From Pirellulaceae bacterium (GTDB taxonomy: Bacteria > Planctomycetota > Planctomycetia > Pirellulales > Pirellulaceae): a DNA stretch of 64,000 bases. The stretch spans positions 150,110-214,109 of the forward strand of contig CALODY010000003.1 in assembly GCA_942492215.1 (NCBI GenBank). The letters are read 5' to 3'. Of the stretch, positions 42,073-52,101 are shown in pieces. Position numbers and translations under genes: made by a program. Under the pieces are notes generated by a model. The model had not been told where the DNA came from and did not search any database. It saw nothing but the letters and a program-made list of their open reading frames with translations. Numbering within the stretch: position 1 is the first letter of the stretch; each line of letters starts with the position of its first letter.

Positions 42073-42297
42073 CTGCAAGAAGGCCTTCAATCAACGCACG
42101 GGTTTTGACATCGCCGCCATAGATTCGAAGCGCAACTAGCAGTTTCAACCTTTCCGGAGTTGGCTTGGGATTCGAAAATTGTATTTCCCGTCTGATAAAT
42201 TCACGACTCCAATTGAATAGTTCAATTGATCGTGCAATTTTTCACGGGGCGCCATGGCAGTGACAGCGTCTTGATATAGCGAATCGACTTTAGACAC
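42059..42297 (-). pseudogene. Small helical partner gene upstream of the nucleotidyltransferase (frameshift in an A run)
   Basis: Corrected read: LYQDAVTAMAPREKIARSIELFNWSREFIRR...VALRIYG; overlaps next start. Confidence 0.55.
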
Positions 42298-42376
42298 ATC
42301 ACCACCTTAGTCACAACGAACCACTACATTGTCCCCCGACCGTTTGTTTGGAGAACAGTGCCCAATCCAGCCACCC

Positions 42377-42423
42377 AAGCACCCCGAGCAGGATTCGAAC
42401 CTGCGACCTATTGATTAGAAGTC
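42377..42423 (-). other. 3' fragment of tRNA-Arg(UCU), att site at the island boundary
   Basis: Minus strand GA-CTTCTAA-TCAATAGGTC-GCAGG-TTCGAAT-CCTGC-TCGGGGTGC: anticodon loop, T arm and acceptor strand, no D arm or 5' half. Confidence 0.85.
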
Positions 42424-42527
42424 GCTGCATGCTCTTCGGTCAGAATTCAGTTACCCACAAATTACCGGGGATTTTGAGAAATCTGTTTGTTCAGATACGA
42501 CACCAATTACCAGCTAGATTTCGGTTT

Positions 42528-42548
42528 AGGTAACAGTTCAGGTAACAC
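42528..42548 (+). promoter_or_regulatory. Candidate integrase arm-type sites
   Basis: AGGTAACA direct repeat with 12-bp period about 105 bp inside the att core; function inferred. Confidence 0.4.
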
Positions 42549-42556
42549 TGCTCAAG

Positions 42557-43978
42557 CTATGCCAGATCTTCCGGGTCAAGCATTTTGCGAACCTGGGTTA
42601 GCGAAAATGTTGAATTTGGAAGCGGCTGCTCACAGTCGCGACAAACCCCCCCAACCTGAAACTCCCCGCCGACAAGCTCAAATTCGATTGTCAGCGAATC
42701 GCCGTTGCATCCTTCACACCTCAAGCCCAGCCCGTCAACTATCGTAGCCTGGGCCGACTGATTGGTGAAACTACCAGTAAGATTTTCGTCGAACGAATAT
42801 TGCGGCAGCCCTTGTCCACTTGGAGTTTGCCGGCGATTAGCTGCCAAGCGATCTGCCGTTCGTCGATGTCGTACCATCGAGCCATAAAAGAAAAGCAAGT
42901 TTTGAATGGCTGAAACTGCCCCATCTATATCGCCGCCATTCCAAATGTCGATTATAGCTGGTGCTAGGAAGTCATGCCGATCGAGCAGGAGCAGAACTGG
43001 GAAACCGCAAAGGCGCGGTTGTTGGGCGTAAAGGCTATCAAAAAACCTTCGTTCATCATCATTCAGATCTGGAATCGCGTTTCGGACTGTCGTCATTGTG
43101 GCGTTCACGTTTCTGGCTGAATCCACGAGACCTCGCCAACCGAGTTCAAACAAACCTGCGTTTACTTCCTGACGCGTGATCGGCAAACGTCCACCTCGAC
43201 GTACCATTACTGTCGGAAGATTTGTCTGAGCTGAAGTTACCCAAGTGGAAAACTCATCAGTCGCAAGATCAAACTGCCGCTCCATTTCATTAAACAGCCG
43301 TTCATTGACCTCCTCAAGTTTGTTTTGATTCAACTCAGGGAGCGAGTTGCGATGCAGCAACAAAGAATCTCTTATCCTCAGCCGGATTTGCTGTGTAGTT
43401 AAATTGTCTACCTCGATGGATTTAGCAATCTGATAAAGGCCGTTGTAGAAGTCTGTCATTCCGTCAGCAGTTGCATTCGATGACATTTCTCGAATTGATT
43501 CCATGCTTCGCAGCGCTGGATGAATTGCGGTGAGTTCAGCCATGATGTTTCGCCTCGAGTCCGCGATTCGCCTCGACGGTCGAACAAATATGTCACGAGA
43601 GTAACGAAAACGTCGAGTCAGGTAATCTTGCCGATGTTTCATCCATTGACTGGCATAGAACTGTATCCGCGCGTTCGTCCGATACTCTCGCGGCAACTCA
43701 TCCAATTCGGTGCGGATTGCGACTCCAGCTAAAAAGCAATCGACTATTAAGCTTCTCCAGTCGTTGTTTTGCGGAAGCAATCTGCGCACTTGATCAACTC
43801 CCTCATAGCACCGAAAGCGAATTGAGAATTCCGGCGGCAAATGCTGAGAGTATCTGCTGGGTGGGACCCACTCAAGGTCGCGAATATTGAATTCCACTGC
43901 CGCCCCAGACGGCGACATCAGTTCTTCCGTCGATTCCGCTCCAAATCGGACTTGTCCAAATGAATCTGAAATTGACAT
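42557..43978 (-). CDS. Hypothetical protein with C-terminal CxxC...CxxC
   Basis: 473-aa ORF; CEGC...CRDC near the end; family not recognised. Confidence 0.7.
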   Translation of the reverse strand: MSISDSFGQVRFGAESTEELMSPSGAAVEFNIRDLEWVPPSRYSQHLPPEFSIRFRCYEGVDQVRRLLPQNNDWRSLIVDCFLAGVAIRTELDELPREYRTNARIQFYASQWMKHRQDYLTRRFRYSRDIFVRPSRRIADSRRNIMAELTAIHPALRSMESIREMSSNATADGMTDFYNGLYQIAKSIEVDNLTTQQIRLRIRDSLLLHRNSLPELNQNKLEEVNERLFNEMERQFDLATDEFSTWVTSAQTNLPTVMVRRGGRLPITRQEVNAGLFELGWRGLVDSARNVNATMTTVRNAIPDLNDDERRFFDSLYAQQPRLCGFPVLLLLDRHDFLAPAIIDIWNGGDIDGAVSAIQNLLFFYGSMVRHRRTADRLAANRRQTPSGQGLPQYSFDENLTGSFTNQSAQATIVDGLGLRCEGCNGDSLTIEFELVGGEFQVGGVCRDCEQPLPNSTFSLTQVRKMLDPEDLA

Positions 43979-44091
43979 CTGTGTATTTCTTCGGTCGGCC
44001 TAAAGCCATCGCCGATTCGCACGCAATTAAATGAAGGACGTCCGCGCCGGGATTCCCGGGTAAGCGACTCGTTTACTTAAGGAGAATCAAA

Positions 44092-44322
44092 ATGAGCCAG
44101 ACAAACAATAGCGAATTTCTCGCAAAAAACCCCCAATCAGGCGTTATTTCAACCCTCGAAGTATACACGCTTGACGAAGCCAAACGCCGATTGCGCTGGA
44201 CAGACTCTGCCGTCCGGTCGGCCAAACGACGGGGCCTTCGCCTCATCAAATGCGGCAAGCGAAAGTACGTCTCCGGACAGGAGTTGCTTCGCTTCCTCGA
44301 ATCTATTCCCTCAGACAACTAA
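44092..44322 (+). CDS. Excisionase-like HTH protein
   Basis: VYTLDEAKRRL...RKYVSGQELLRFL, AAGGAG RBS, directly upstream of integrase. Confidence 0.7.
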   Translation: MSQTNNSEFLAKNPQSGVISTLEVYTLDEAKRRLRWTDSAVRSAKRRGLRLIKCGKRKYVSGQELLRFLESIPSDN

Positions 44323-44343
44323 ACCATATGGATAACTCAAGAA

Positions 44344-45498
44344 ATGAGACACGAAATCAACGTCGTGGTTGTCCGATATGGCGACCGCAAATACCTCATG
44401 ATGAGGTACAAGGATCCCGTGACCGGCAAACAAATAGCTCGGTCAACGGGAACCACGAATCGAAAGAAAGCGGAAAGAACTGCGGCCAAATGGGAGTCCG
44501 AGCTTCGAGAAGGCCGCTACGCGCCCAATAGCAATATTACCTGGGAGGCATTCCGAGACCGGGTTGAAGACGAGGTTTTGCCAGGTTTGGCAAAGAACAC
44601 TTCGAATCTGGTCAAGACGAGTTTCAACTCAATTGAACGCCTACTCAATCCAAGATGCCTCCGTGATGTAACTGCCGAACGTCTTAGTTATTACCAATCA
44701 AAACTGCGGGAAGAAAAGCTATCAGAACATACCATCCGGTGTTATTTAGCCCACTTGCGATCCTCGCTGTCATGGGCAAAGTCCGTCGGCATGATTCATC
44801 AAGTACCCAAAATAACCTTCCCTAAACGGGCCAAGAAGTTAAAGGTGATGAAAGGGAGGCCCTTGGCACTCGACGAATTTGACGAATTACTTACTGCGAC
44901 CGCCGTGGTCGTCGGTGATGATGCCAATGAATTATGGCAACGGCTTTTAGATGGACTGTGGCAGTCAGGCTTACGGCTTTCTGAAGCAATCAATCTTTCC
45001 TGGGATGACCAGGACAAGATCATGGTGGATTTATCAGGTCGCCGGCCAATGCTCCACATACCTGGTGAACTTGAGAAAGGCAACGAAGACCGACTCTATC
45101 CAATCGCTCCGGAATTTGCCGAAATGCTAATGAAGACCCCCAAAGCCAAGCGAGTTGGCCCAGTCTTCCCCCTGCAAGATCGATGGGGGAAGAAAGGCGA
45201 ATTCAAAATGGACTGGGTTTCCAAAGTAATCTGCAAAATTGGAAGGGAGGCGAATATCAAAGTCGGAAGTAACCGTCGGACCAAAAAGATTAAGTACGCG
45301 AGTGCCCATGATTTAAGACGGTCATTTGGTGATCGCTGGGCGCGCCTGGTGATGCCTCAAACGCTCCGAGAATTGATGCGGCATGCGTCGATCGAAACGA
45401 CACTCAGATATTACGTTGGATTCAACGCCGAGAAGACGGCGGATATCCTTTGGAAGATTCATGATTCCAAAAAGGGTGATGACGTCGAAACCGGATAG
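44344..45498 (+). CDS. Tyrosine integrase
   Basis: SGLRLSEA, AHDLRRSFG, LMRHASIETTLRYY catalytic motifs. Confidence 0.95.
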   Translation: MRHEINVVVVRYGDRKYLMMRYKDPVTGKQIARSTGTTNRKKAERTAAKWESELREGRYAPNSNITWEAFRDRVEDEVLPGLAKNTSNLVKTSFNSIERLLNPRCLRDVTAERLSYYQSKLREEKLSEHTIRCYLAHLRSSLSWAKSVGMIHQVPKITFPKRAKKLKVMKGRPLALDEFDELLTATAVVVGDDANELWQRLLDGLWQSGLRLSEAINLSWDDQDKIMVDLSGRRPMLHIPGELEKGNEDRLYPIAPEFAEMLMKTPKAKRVGPVFPLQDRWGKKGEFKMDWVSKVICKIGREANIKVGSNRRTKKIKYASAHDLRRSFGDRWARLVMPQTLRELMRHASIETTLRYYVGFNAEKTADILWKIHDSKKGDDVETG

Positions 45499-45619
45499 CT
45501 AAATCCAGGTTAAAAATTTGGATAGGCAGCCTTGGTGTTCGCAAGCCCCGTAAAACAGGGTTCATTGGTTACGAGGGAATTGACTTCTTCACAATTACTA
45601 ATTGCTCAGGAACTAAACA

Positions 45620-46789
45620 ATGCAAAAGTTTGATCTTCGGTTGGCAATTCGACGCGGAGAGCCACACTTTGTTACTGACCTTGCGCCTGCCGGAGTTCAG
45701 GACTTTACCTTCAATCTATGCCATCAAGATGCGTCATACGGAAGCCGGCAATTCCGCCATTGGTGGATGGATATCCGGTCGATTTACCCGACCCGGGGGC
45801 GAACCGCCAGCAACTTCGATTCCCTAGTAGATTTCTGGTGGCGTAGTTGCTGCGAAAACGGAACTCCGGCCGAGCCAGACGTTTGCCAGTCGTATCTCTT
45901 GGTAAAACTATTCAATCAAACCCGTAGCACCGGTTCCCGCCGAGTCCTTTTAGATTCGATTCCGCGGGCCGGAAACATGGTGGAACGTCAAAACGCCATC
46001 GCCAATCTGGAAAATCTTTTGAGCCACTCAGTTGGTGAAGAAATTTCTTTGATCGAGTTTTCCCGTAACTCGGGAAGATTGTTAGGGCCGCCTGAGTACG
46101 CCGATGAGGTTCGTGATCTGTATTGCGAGTTTACAAACCAACTCTTTCAAACCGCGGTTCCCCAATTAATGTCGGGACGGGAAGAACTTGGGCTTACTGC
46201 AGTGAATGACGTTTGGTCAGCCTGGGATGCGAAGTATGGGCGTCGCGGCGGCGCCGAACTTGAAAAGCAATTCATGGATATTTTGAGCTACGAAGCGCGT
46301 GCGTCCATCCACCGCTGCTATTCACATTTGTGGGAAACGATCGCGAACTGGTTAGTGTCGGAACACCGGTGCTCAATCGCATCTTTTGTATTCCACCGGT
46401 TTTGGCATCTCGATTTGTGCTGGCCGTCGAATGAAAGTAGCGATGCCAACTTTCATTTATTCCATGGACACATCATCGGCCTCCATCCTGCGACCGGTTT
46501 ATTTGTTCAAACTGACGCCGGAAACCAACTGCTGGGAGACTGGCTGGCAATTGCACCGCAGGGTTGGGAGCGATCGAGCAATCCTGAAACACCTGAGCTA
46601 CGACGACTCCTGTATGGACTGTTCGTTGCAATTGCCGATTACACCAATCGCCACCGAGAGGATAATGATCTGCGGCGTTCGCAGGTCGGACAAATGCCGG
46701 AGGAAATCAGTTTGGCTGATGCTGTCGATGATGGTAGCAGTTTCGCTCAGGTTACCAGGCGTAACGAGCGGAAACCCCTTGCCGAGTGA
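45620..46789 (+). CDS. Hypothetical protein (island cargo)
   Basis: 389-aa ORF with AGGA RBS; family not recognised. Confidence 0.7.
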   Translation: MQKFDLRLAIRRGEPHFVTDLAPAGVQDFTFNLCHQDASYGSRQFRHWWMDIRSIYPTRGRTASNFDSLVDFWWRSCCENGTPAEPDVCQSYLLVKLFNQTRSTGSRRVLLDSIPRAGNMVERQNAIANLENLLSHSVGEEISLIEFSRNSGRLLGPPEYADEVRDLYCEFTNQLFQTAVPQLMSGREELGLTAVNDVWSAWDAKYGRRGGAELEKQFMDILSYEARASIHRCYSHLWETIANWLVSEHRCSIASFVFHRFWHLDLCWPSNESSDANFHLFHGHIIGLHPATGLFVQTDAGNQLLGDWLAIAPQGWERSSNPETPELRRLLYGLFVAIADYTNRHREDNDLRRSQVGQMPEEISLADAVDDGSSFAQVTRRNERKPLAE

Positions 46790-46992
46790 TCTGATCTGGT
46801 TCCTTCCAATCTGTTTAGATCCATATGCGCATACCAGTACATAGCCCAACCCTGGTACACGACCAACCTGATGTGACTGACAGGTTTCCCTGCCTTGGCG
46901 GTTCCACGTCCTGCTAGGCATGAAGAACGCATTCGTCCATTCGGCTTCGACGAAGCACTAATTTTACATTTCATTCAGGCACGCCAATCAGC

Positions 46993-47313
46993 GTGCCTTT
47001 CTTTATGCGCAAAAGCCTAGCTGGTAGCCGTGCATGTTGCCCGGTCGGCTGGAAAACGCGCAATTTCGAAAGGAAAAGTGCCTTGACCAGTGATTTAGAT
47101 AAACGAACCGAAACCGCCGCCAAGGTGGATCGGCTGCCAAAAATTGCGGAGTTAATTGCAAATGGCGAAATTCCCATCCCGGTCGATTGGCCGGAAGATC
47201 GTTTGCTTCCTTTGCTTGATCTGGTTCATGCCGCCCGCCGGCGACGACTGGTTCAATATTTCGCCCGCCTCATCGCGAGCGACATTTGCCGAATCGATCG
47301 GCAAGAGGAGTGA
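46993..47313 (+). CDS. Small hypothetical protein upstream of serine recombinase
   Basis: Ends 7 bp before the recombinase ATG and contains its GAGGAG RBS; start uncertain. Confidence 0.5.
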   Translation: MPFFMRKSLAGSRACCPVGWKTRNFERKSALTSDLDKRTETAAKVDRLPKIAELIANGEIPIPVDWPEDRLLPLLDLVHAARRRRLVQYFARLIASDICRIDRQEE

Positions 47314-47320
47314 CAAGACT

Positions 47321-49591
47321 ATGTTACGCAGACACTTTAATTTTGAGAAACCGATTAATGTCGTGTTGTACCTGCGGATGAGCTCGGATAAACAAAATCC
47401 GAACAGCCCAGCTCAACAACGGGAACGGATCGAGAATATCATCACAACTCGAAACCTACCCTGGCGGATCGTAGCAGTTTATCGGGACGATGCCCTGAGT
47501 GGCATGTATGCTCGCAAGCGTCCGGGTTTTACCAAGATGCTTCACGACATTGAGCATGGCACGATCAACGTTGGAGCGATCCTTGTGGATACCATCGAAC
47601 GGTTCGGCCGCATGGACGACTTGGACAGCCGACGTAAACGTCTTGCCAACCGTTATGGTGTGGTCGTTCTTTCAGCCGACAGGAATTTTTCGGATCCATA
47701 TACGCCGGAGTCCCAGGCGATGTCGGCGATTGAGAACCTTCGCGCCTGCGATGCTAATCGCATCAAAGCTCATGATGTTTATCGTGGAAAACTTGACTCG
47801 ATCAAGGATGGCTACTGGCCAGGTGGACCGGTTCCCTTCGGGTACCGTTTGGAAGTAGCCAAGGTGGAGGTTCGTCATCGCCGTGAGATCAAGCATCACG
47901 TGCTGGTCATTGACGACATCACGGGCCCCATCATGCGTTCATTGTATAAAAAGTCCGCGGCCAAGCCGTCCTGGGGACAGGATCGCTTGACTGCCTGGCT
48001 CAACGACCGTGGAGACATTCCACAGCATTTGAAACCGTTTCACGCTTCTACGGTGGGTAAATGGTTGCGTGGTCCGATTTATCGAGGCGAGTTGGTTTGG
48101 AGTAAGCACTCACAAGGCGTCATTGACGATCGCCGAGTGATTGAGAAAAACGATGAGCGATACGTCATTCGCGTTGAGGCTTTTTGCGAGCCGATTGCAC
48201 CCCAAGAGGTTCTCGATCAAGTTGATGCCAACATCGAGCTTCGCAGGAGATTTCGGCCCGGAAGTGATGGTGATGAATGTTGTTCTTGGCCAAAACGTGG
48301 AGTGAACTATTCTCATCCTTTAACAGGACTTGTGCGGTGTGGGCATTGTGGAGCTTCCATGGTGCCCAACTCAACCTCGCCGTACACAACCAAGTCCGGT
48401 GAGACGAAGAACTATTGTTCTTACATGTGTCCCAACAGTCGGACAAAGGCTTGCGAGAACTCCAAGCGTATCAAAGAAGATTGGCTGCGTGAGGTGATCA
48501 TCGAAAAGATTATGGAACGGTTGACTCCTGACGATGCCACTGTTTCCGAACTGGTCGTGGAAACTCGCCAAATGGTTGAGGTCCGGCGGCAGCGATCTCA
48601 TCAAAAGCCGGAGGCGGAACTGGCCGGTTTGACAGCCGAGTTGGAACAGCTGGAAGATAAAATTCGCGGCTGGGCGGTAACGCTGGCGAAGACGAATTTG
48701 CACAGACGGCTCCGTGATAATCTTGAAACGCAGACCAGTGCTGCTTACGATCGAATCGAGATGATCGAGCAGGCCATTCAGGAAAACGAGGCAGAAGAAA
48801 GTGTGCTGGAGGCAGCAGTTCGGCCAATTGAAGTGTCTTCTCGCTTGAAGCAACTTCATGAAGTCATTCTGGGTGAGTGCCCAACTGCCACCAACCTGGA
48901 GCTTTCGATGCATATCGACCGGATCGATTGCTTTGATGACGGCAGGGTCGTATCTCGTATCTGTAAGATTGGTTCCTCGCCGCTTGCGGTCCAGTGGTTT
49001 TGCGACCCTGACGCTGAAGTCGACCGGGAGCCGCGTAATTCGAAAGCCAATGGCCATCGGGTTAAGCCTCGACGCCGGGCACTACTTCGCCTGCACGCGG
49101 ACGAAGGCGATTACGACGAACTGATGAATCGTATCCACATGGCTACCGATCCTAACCGGTTTGCTGGGCTGCCCGACCAGTGGTTCTGGACGGACGAGTA
49201 TCAGATGCCTGAGAAAACCTACTGGGTACATGACAATGCTCAGCGGGTTCTGGCCAGGTACGATGAGATCAAGGCGAACGGCAAGAAACCAAGCTTGAAT
49301 GCGATGGCAAAAGAGTTTGGCAAGTCGCGTCCTACAATCTCCCGAGCGTTGGATATCGCGGTCGGTGCCGGTAACGTCAACAAGCCGGAACACCGTCGCG
49401 AACCGACGTCCGTTAAGGGCAATCCTGAGTTCGAGTCAAAAATTGCCGAGATGCATGATGACGGCAAGCTCAACAAAGAGATTGCCGAAACCTTGGGCCT
49501 GGGTCGCAGTACCGTGACCATGGCACTCGATCGACTCTACGTTCAGCGAGGCTTTCCTCGCCCAGACGGTCGTCGTGAGCGACACCGGTAA
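47321..49591 (+). CDS. Large serine recombinase with C-terminal HTH extension
   Basis: YLRMSS catalytic Ser, RPGF, ERFGR, GGPVPFGY, CGHCG zinc ribbon, coiled coil, NKEIAETLGLGRSTV. Confidence 0.9.
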   Translation: MLRRHFNFEKPINVVLYLRMSSDKQNPNSPAQQRERIENIITTRNLPWRIVAVYRDDALSGMYARKRPGFTKMLHDIEHGTINVGAILVDTIERFGRMDDLDSRRKRLANRYGVVVLSADRNFSDPYTPESQAMSAIENLRACDANRIKAHDVYRGKLDSIKDGYWPGGPVPFGYRLEVAKVEVRHRREIKHHVLVIDDITGPIMRSLYKKSAAKPSWGQDRLTAWLNDRGDIPQHLKPFHASTVGKWLRGPIYRGELVWSKHSQGVIDDRRVIEKNDERYVIRVEAFCEPIAPQEVLDQVDANIELRRRFRPGSDGDECCSWPKRGVNYSHPLTGLVRCGHCGASMVPNSTSPYTTKSGETKNYCSYMCPNSRTKACENSKRIKEDWLREVIIEKIMERLTPDDATVSELVVETRQMVEVRRQRSHQKPEAELAGLTAELEQLEDKIRGWAVTLAKTNLHRRLRDNLETQTSAAYDRIEMIEQAIQENEAEESVLEAAVRPIEVSSRLKQLHEVILGECPTATNLELSMHIDRIDCFDDGRVVSRICKIGSSPLAVQWFCDPDAEVDREPRNSKANGHRVKPRRRALLRLHADEGDYDELMNRIHMATDPNRFAGLPDQWFWTDEYQMPEKTYWVHDNAQRVLARYDEIKANGKKPSLNAMAKEFGKSRPTISRALDIAVGAGNVNKPEHRREPTSVKGNPEFESKIAEMHDDGKLNKEIAETLGLGRSTVTMALDRLYVQRGFPRPDGRRERHR

Positions 49592-49614
49592 CCTGCCGGT
49601 TCAAAGTTGAAACC

Positions 49615-49653
49615 AGGTCGGGGCTGCCAGTGGCGGCCCCGGCTTATTTTTTT
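49615..49653 (+). terminator. Rho-independent terminator after the recombinase
   Basis: ggtcggggctgcc/ggcggccccggct stem followed by a T run. Confidence 0.7.
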
Positions 49654-50247
49654 AGCTATCAGAGATTCCCACCATACGGCATTGGGTCCTATCGGGTAGG
49701 AGGCGGGATTACTCCCGCCGTCCTCCCACACCACCGTACGAACGGTTCCGTATACGGCGGTTCTGTTTAAGTACTGAATTGTAGTAATTTCTGGTAGAGG
49801 CTGACGAGCCCAAGCTCGGTGAGGTATTTCGTGGTGATGGCTTGGTTCATGTGACTGGCCCCCGCGTTGAACCAAGGTCCGCGACCGTTGGTCGCGCTGA
49901 TCCAGGCTCGGGCCTCGGATAAACCAAGTTGCATCAGGTTCCTGGCTCTCGTCCAGTTTCGCTTCCATTGCCGCCACAGAATGGCACGCAGCTTGCGGCG
50001 AATCCAGCTGTCGAGTTCCTTGAACACGCCACGGACTTCACTTTTCCGGAAGTAAGACACCCAGCCAATCAGCTTGGGACGAAGCTCCTGAAGGAAGAAC
50101 CGCAGGTTGCGGCCCCGGCCTCGACGGAATTCTTTGCGAAGTTTACCCTTGAATCGTTTGACCGATTCGGGGGCCACCTTCAGCTTCGGCTGGAAGTGGT
50201 GCGTGAAGGTGTAGCCCAGGAACTTACGCTTTCACGTGTGTCCAACG

Positions 50248-52101
50248 CTACTCTTGGCACGGTTGACCACCAGACGGAGACGCTTTTGCAAGAAGCTCTC
50301 CATCGAGTCGAGTACTCTTTCGCCCGCCCGCTGACTGCGAACGTAAATGTTGCAGTCGTCGGCGTAGCGAACGAAGCGATGCCCTCGCCGTTCCAATTCC
50401 TTGTCGAGATCGTCGAGCAAGATGTTGGACAACAGCGGAGAGATCGCGCCTCCAACAAAAGTGCAAACTTCCTTCCTTTCCGTTCTTGCTAGCTTTCCTC
50501 GCAAAAAGGGGGAAGTTGATACGGTACACGATACGAATCTGATCGGCTTCGATGACTACGCGGTCAATCAGCGTGCGCAGAATCTCTCGACGCGTTGTCC
50601 AGTCGGCTGCGTCAAGATTGCTGCCGATCGACGACGTGAAATCGTCCAAGCACGCTAAGGCTTTGCGTAACGTCGCTTGCTCGCGTGAGTCTTGCTCCAG
50701 TTGCGCGACTTGTTGTTTCAGTTTCACCACGCGCTGGCGAGCACGCTGCAAACGCGGATCGAACTCCCCGCGCTCCAGCACGCCGTCGCTGTACGCATCA
50801 ATCAAGCGAGCGACACTGCGCTCTGCAGCAGCCAGTTGTTTCTTCAGCGAAGAGACGTGGCTCGAACCTGACGGAGCCGCCAATCTGCGCTCGTACTCTT
50901 TGCGGAGAATCTTCGGATGCCTCAGCAACTCACAGGCATCCTGCCACACCGCTTCATCCAACTTGTCAGTGCGAACTTGTTTGTTCTCGCACACACGCTT
51001 GCCGCCGAAGCGATACGCGTCGGTACCAACGCATCGATAATAGGCCCACTGAGATTTTCCCTTCGCACTACTGCGACTGACCTTCTTACCGTAGAACGCG
51101 TAGCCGCAGCAGCCACATTCCAATAGACCTTGCAGCAGGTACTTTGCGCCGCGCTTCCGTTCGCGACCGCGCTGACGGTTCTCCGTGAGTTGTTTTTCAA
51201 CTGCGCTGAACAGTTCTTCCGAAACGATCGCCGGCACGGCAATCGAAACCTGTTCGCTGGTGTCGGTGTCGTAGGTCGAACCGGTGCGACGCGGTGTTTT
51301 CGAGTGGCCGCGCGGGGTTCGCAGAGCGGCCCTGCGTGGTCCGATGCGAGTCTTACCGAACGCCGCAAAACCCTTATATGCAGGGTTTTTCAGCATTCCC
51401 CACACCGTCGTGCGATCCCACCAGTCCTTGCCAGTCGCCGTCTTCGCATCCGACCCCGTCAGCCGCCGCGTCACTTCTCCAATGCTCAAACGATCGCGGC
51501 CGACCCACTGAAACACTTGCCGGACAATCGCAGCTTGTTCTTCGTTGATCTCGTAAGCAGCCTCGCCACCTGCTTCGCTACGCGAGATGTAACGATAACC
51601 GAACGGAGCCGCCGACAACACGTTCACACTGCCACGCGTCGCCGCATGACGTTTGCCACGACGAGAGCGTTCCATGATCTTTGCACGCTCATACTCAGCA
51701 AACATACCTTGCATCTGCAACAGCAAGTCTTCTTCCGGGCTCACACCTATCGCACGATTGAGGAACACGATCTCGATGCCATGCTTCTGGAGCTCGTCGA
51801 CGATCAAAACTTGATAAGCGTACTTGCGAGCCAGGCGATCAGGAGAATGTACGTAGAGCTTTTGAAAACCGCCGACGTAAGCCGCATCGCGAAGTCGTTC
51901 GAGCGCGGGCCGGTTCAACGTCGATCCGCTAACACCATCATCGAGAAAACAATTCGTTTGGCTCAAAGTCACTCTGTCTTGCTCGACCTGGCAACGGAGA
52001 TCGGCAACTTGAGAATCGATCGTTTGCTCCTGAGCTTGTGCATCGGACGACACTCGCGCGTAGATGGCGGCGACGGTCGCGGTGGAGTTTTTCGTGGTCA
52101 T
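50248..52101 (-). CDS. Large serine recombinase of element B; ORF reads through the att junction
   Basis: YARVSS, RPALERLRD, PDRLAR, APFGY, CGCCG...YYRC. Confidence 0.93.
   Translation of the reverse strand: MTTKNSTATVAAIYARVSSDAQAQEQTIDSQVADLRCQVEQDRVTLSQTNCFLDDGVSGSTLNRPALERLRDAAYVGGFQKLYVHSPDRLARKYAYQVLIVDELQKHGIEIVFLNRAIGVSPEEDLLLQMQGMFAEYERAKIMERSRRGKRHAATRGSVNVLSAAPFGYRYISRSEAGGEAAYEINEEQAAIVRQVFQWVGRDRLSIGEVTRRLTGSDAKTATGKDWWDRTTVWGMLKNPAYKGFAAFGKTRIGPRRAALRTPRGHSKTPRRTGSTYDTDTSEQVSIAVPAIVSEELFSAVEKQLTENRQRGRERKRGAKYLLQGLLECGCCGYAFYGKKVSRSSAKGKSQWAYYRCVGTDAYRFGGKRVCENKQVRTDKLDEAVWQDACELLRHPKILRKEYERRLAAPSGSSHVSSLKKQLAAAERSVARLIDAYSDGVLERGEFDPRLQRARQRVVKLKQQVAQLEQDSREQATLRKALACLDDFTSSIGSNLDAADWTTRREILRTLIDRVVIEADQIRIVYRINFPLFARKASKNGKEGSLHFCWRRDLSAVVQHLARRSRQGIGTARASLRSLRRRLQHLRSQSAGGRKSTRLDGELLAKASPSGGQPCQE

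Noticed and set aside
42377-42450. Intact tRNA-Arg gene
   Set aside because: Similarity stops at the anticodon stem; no D arm or 5' acceptor strand
45580-45593. Second att core (gacttct) after the integrase
   Set aside because: Only a 7-bp match and in inverted orientation; expected by chance
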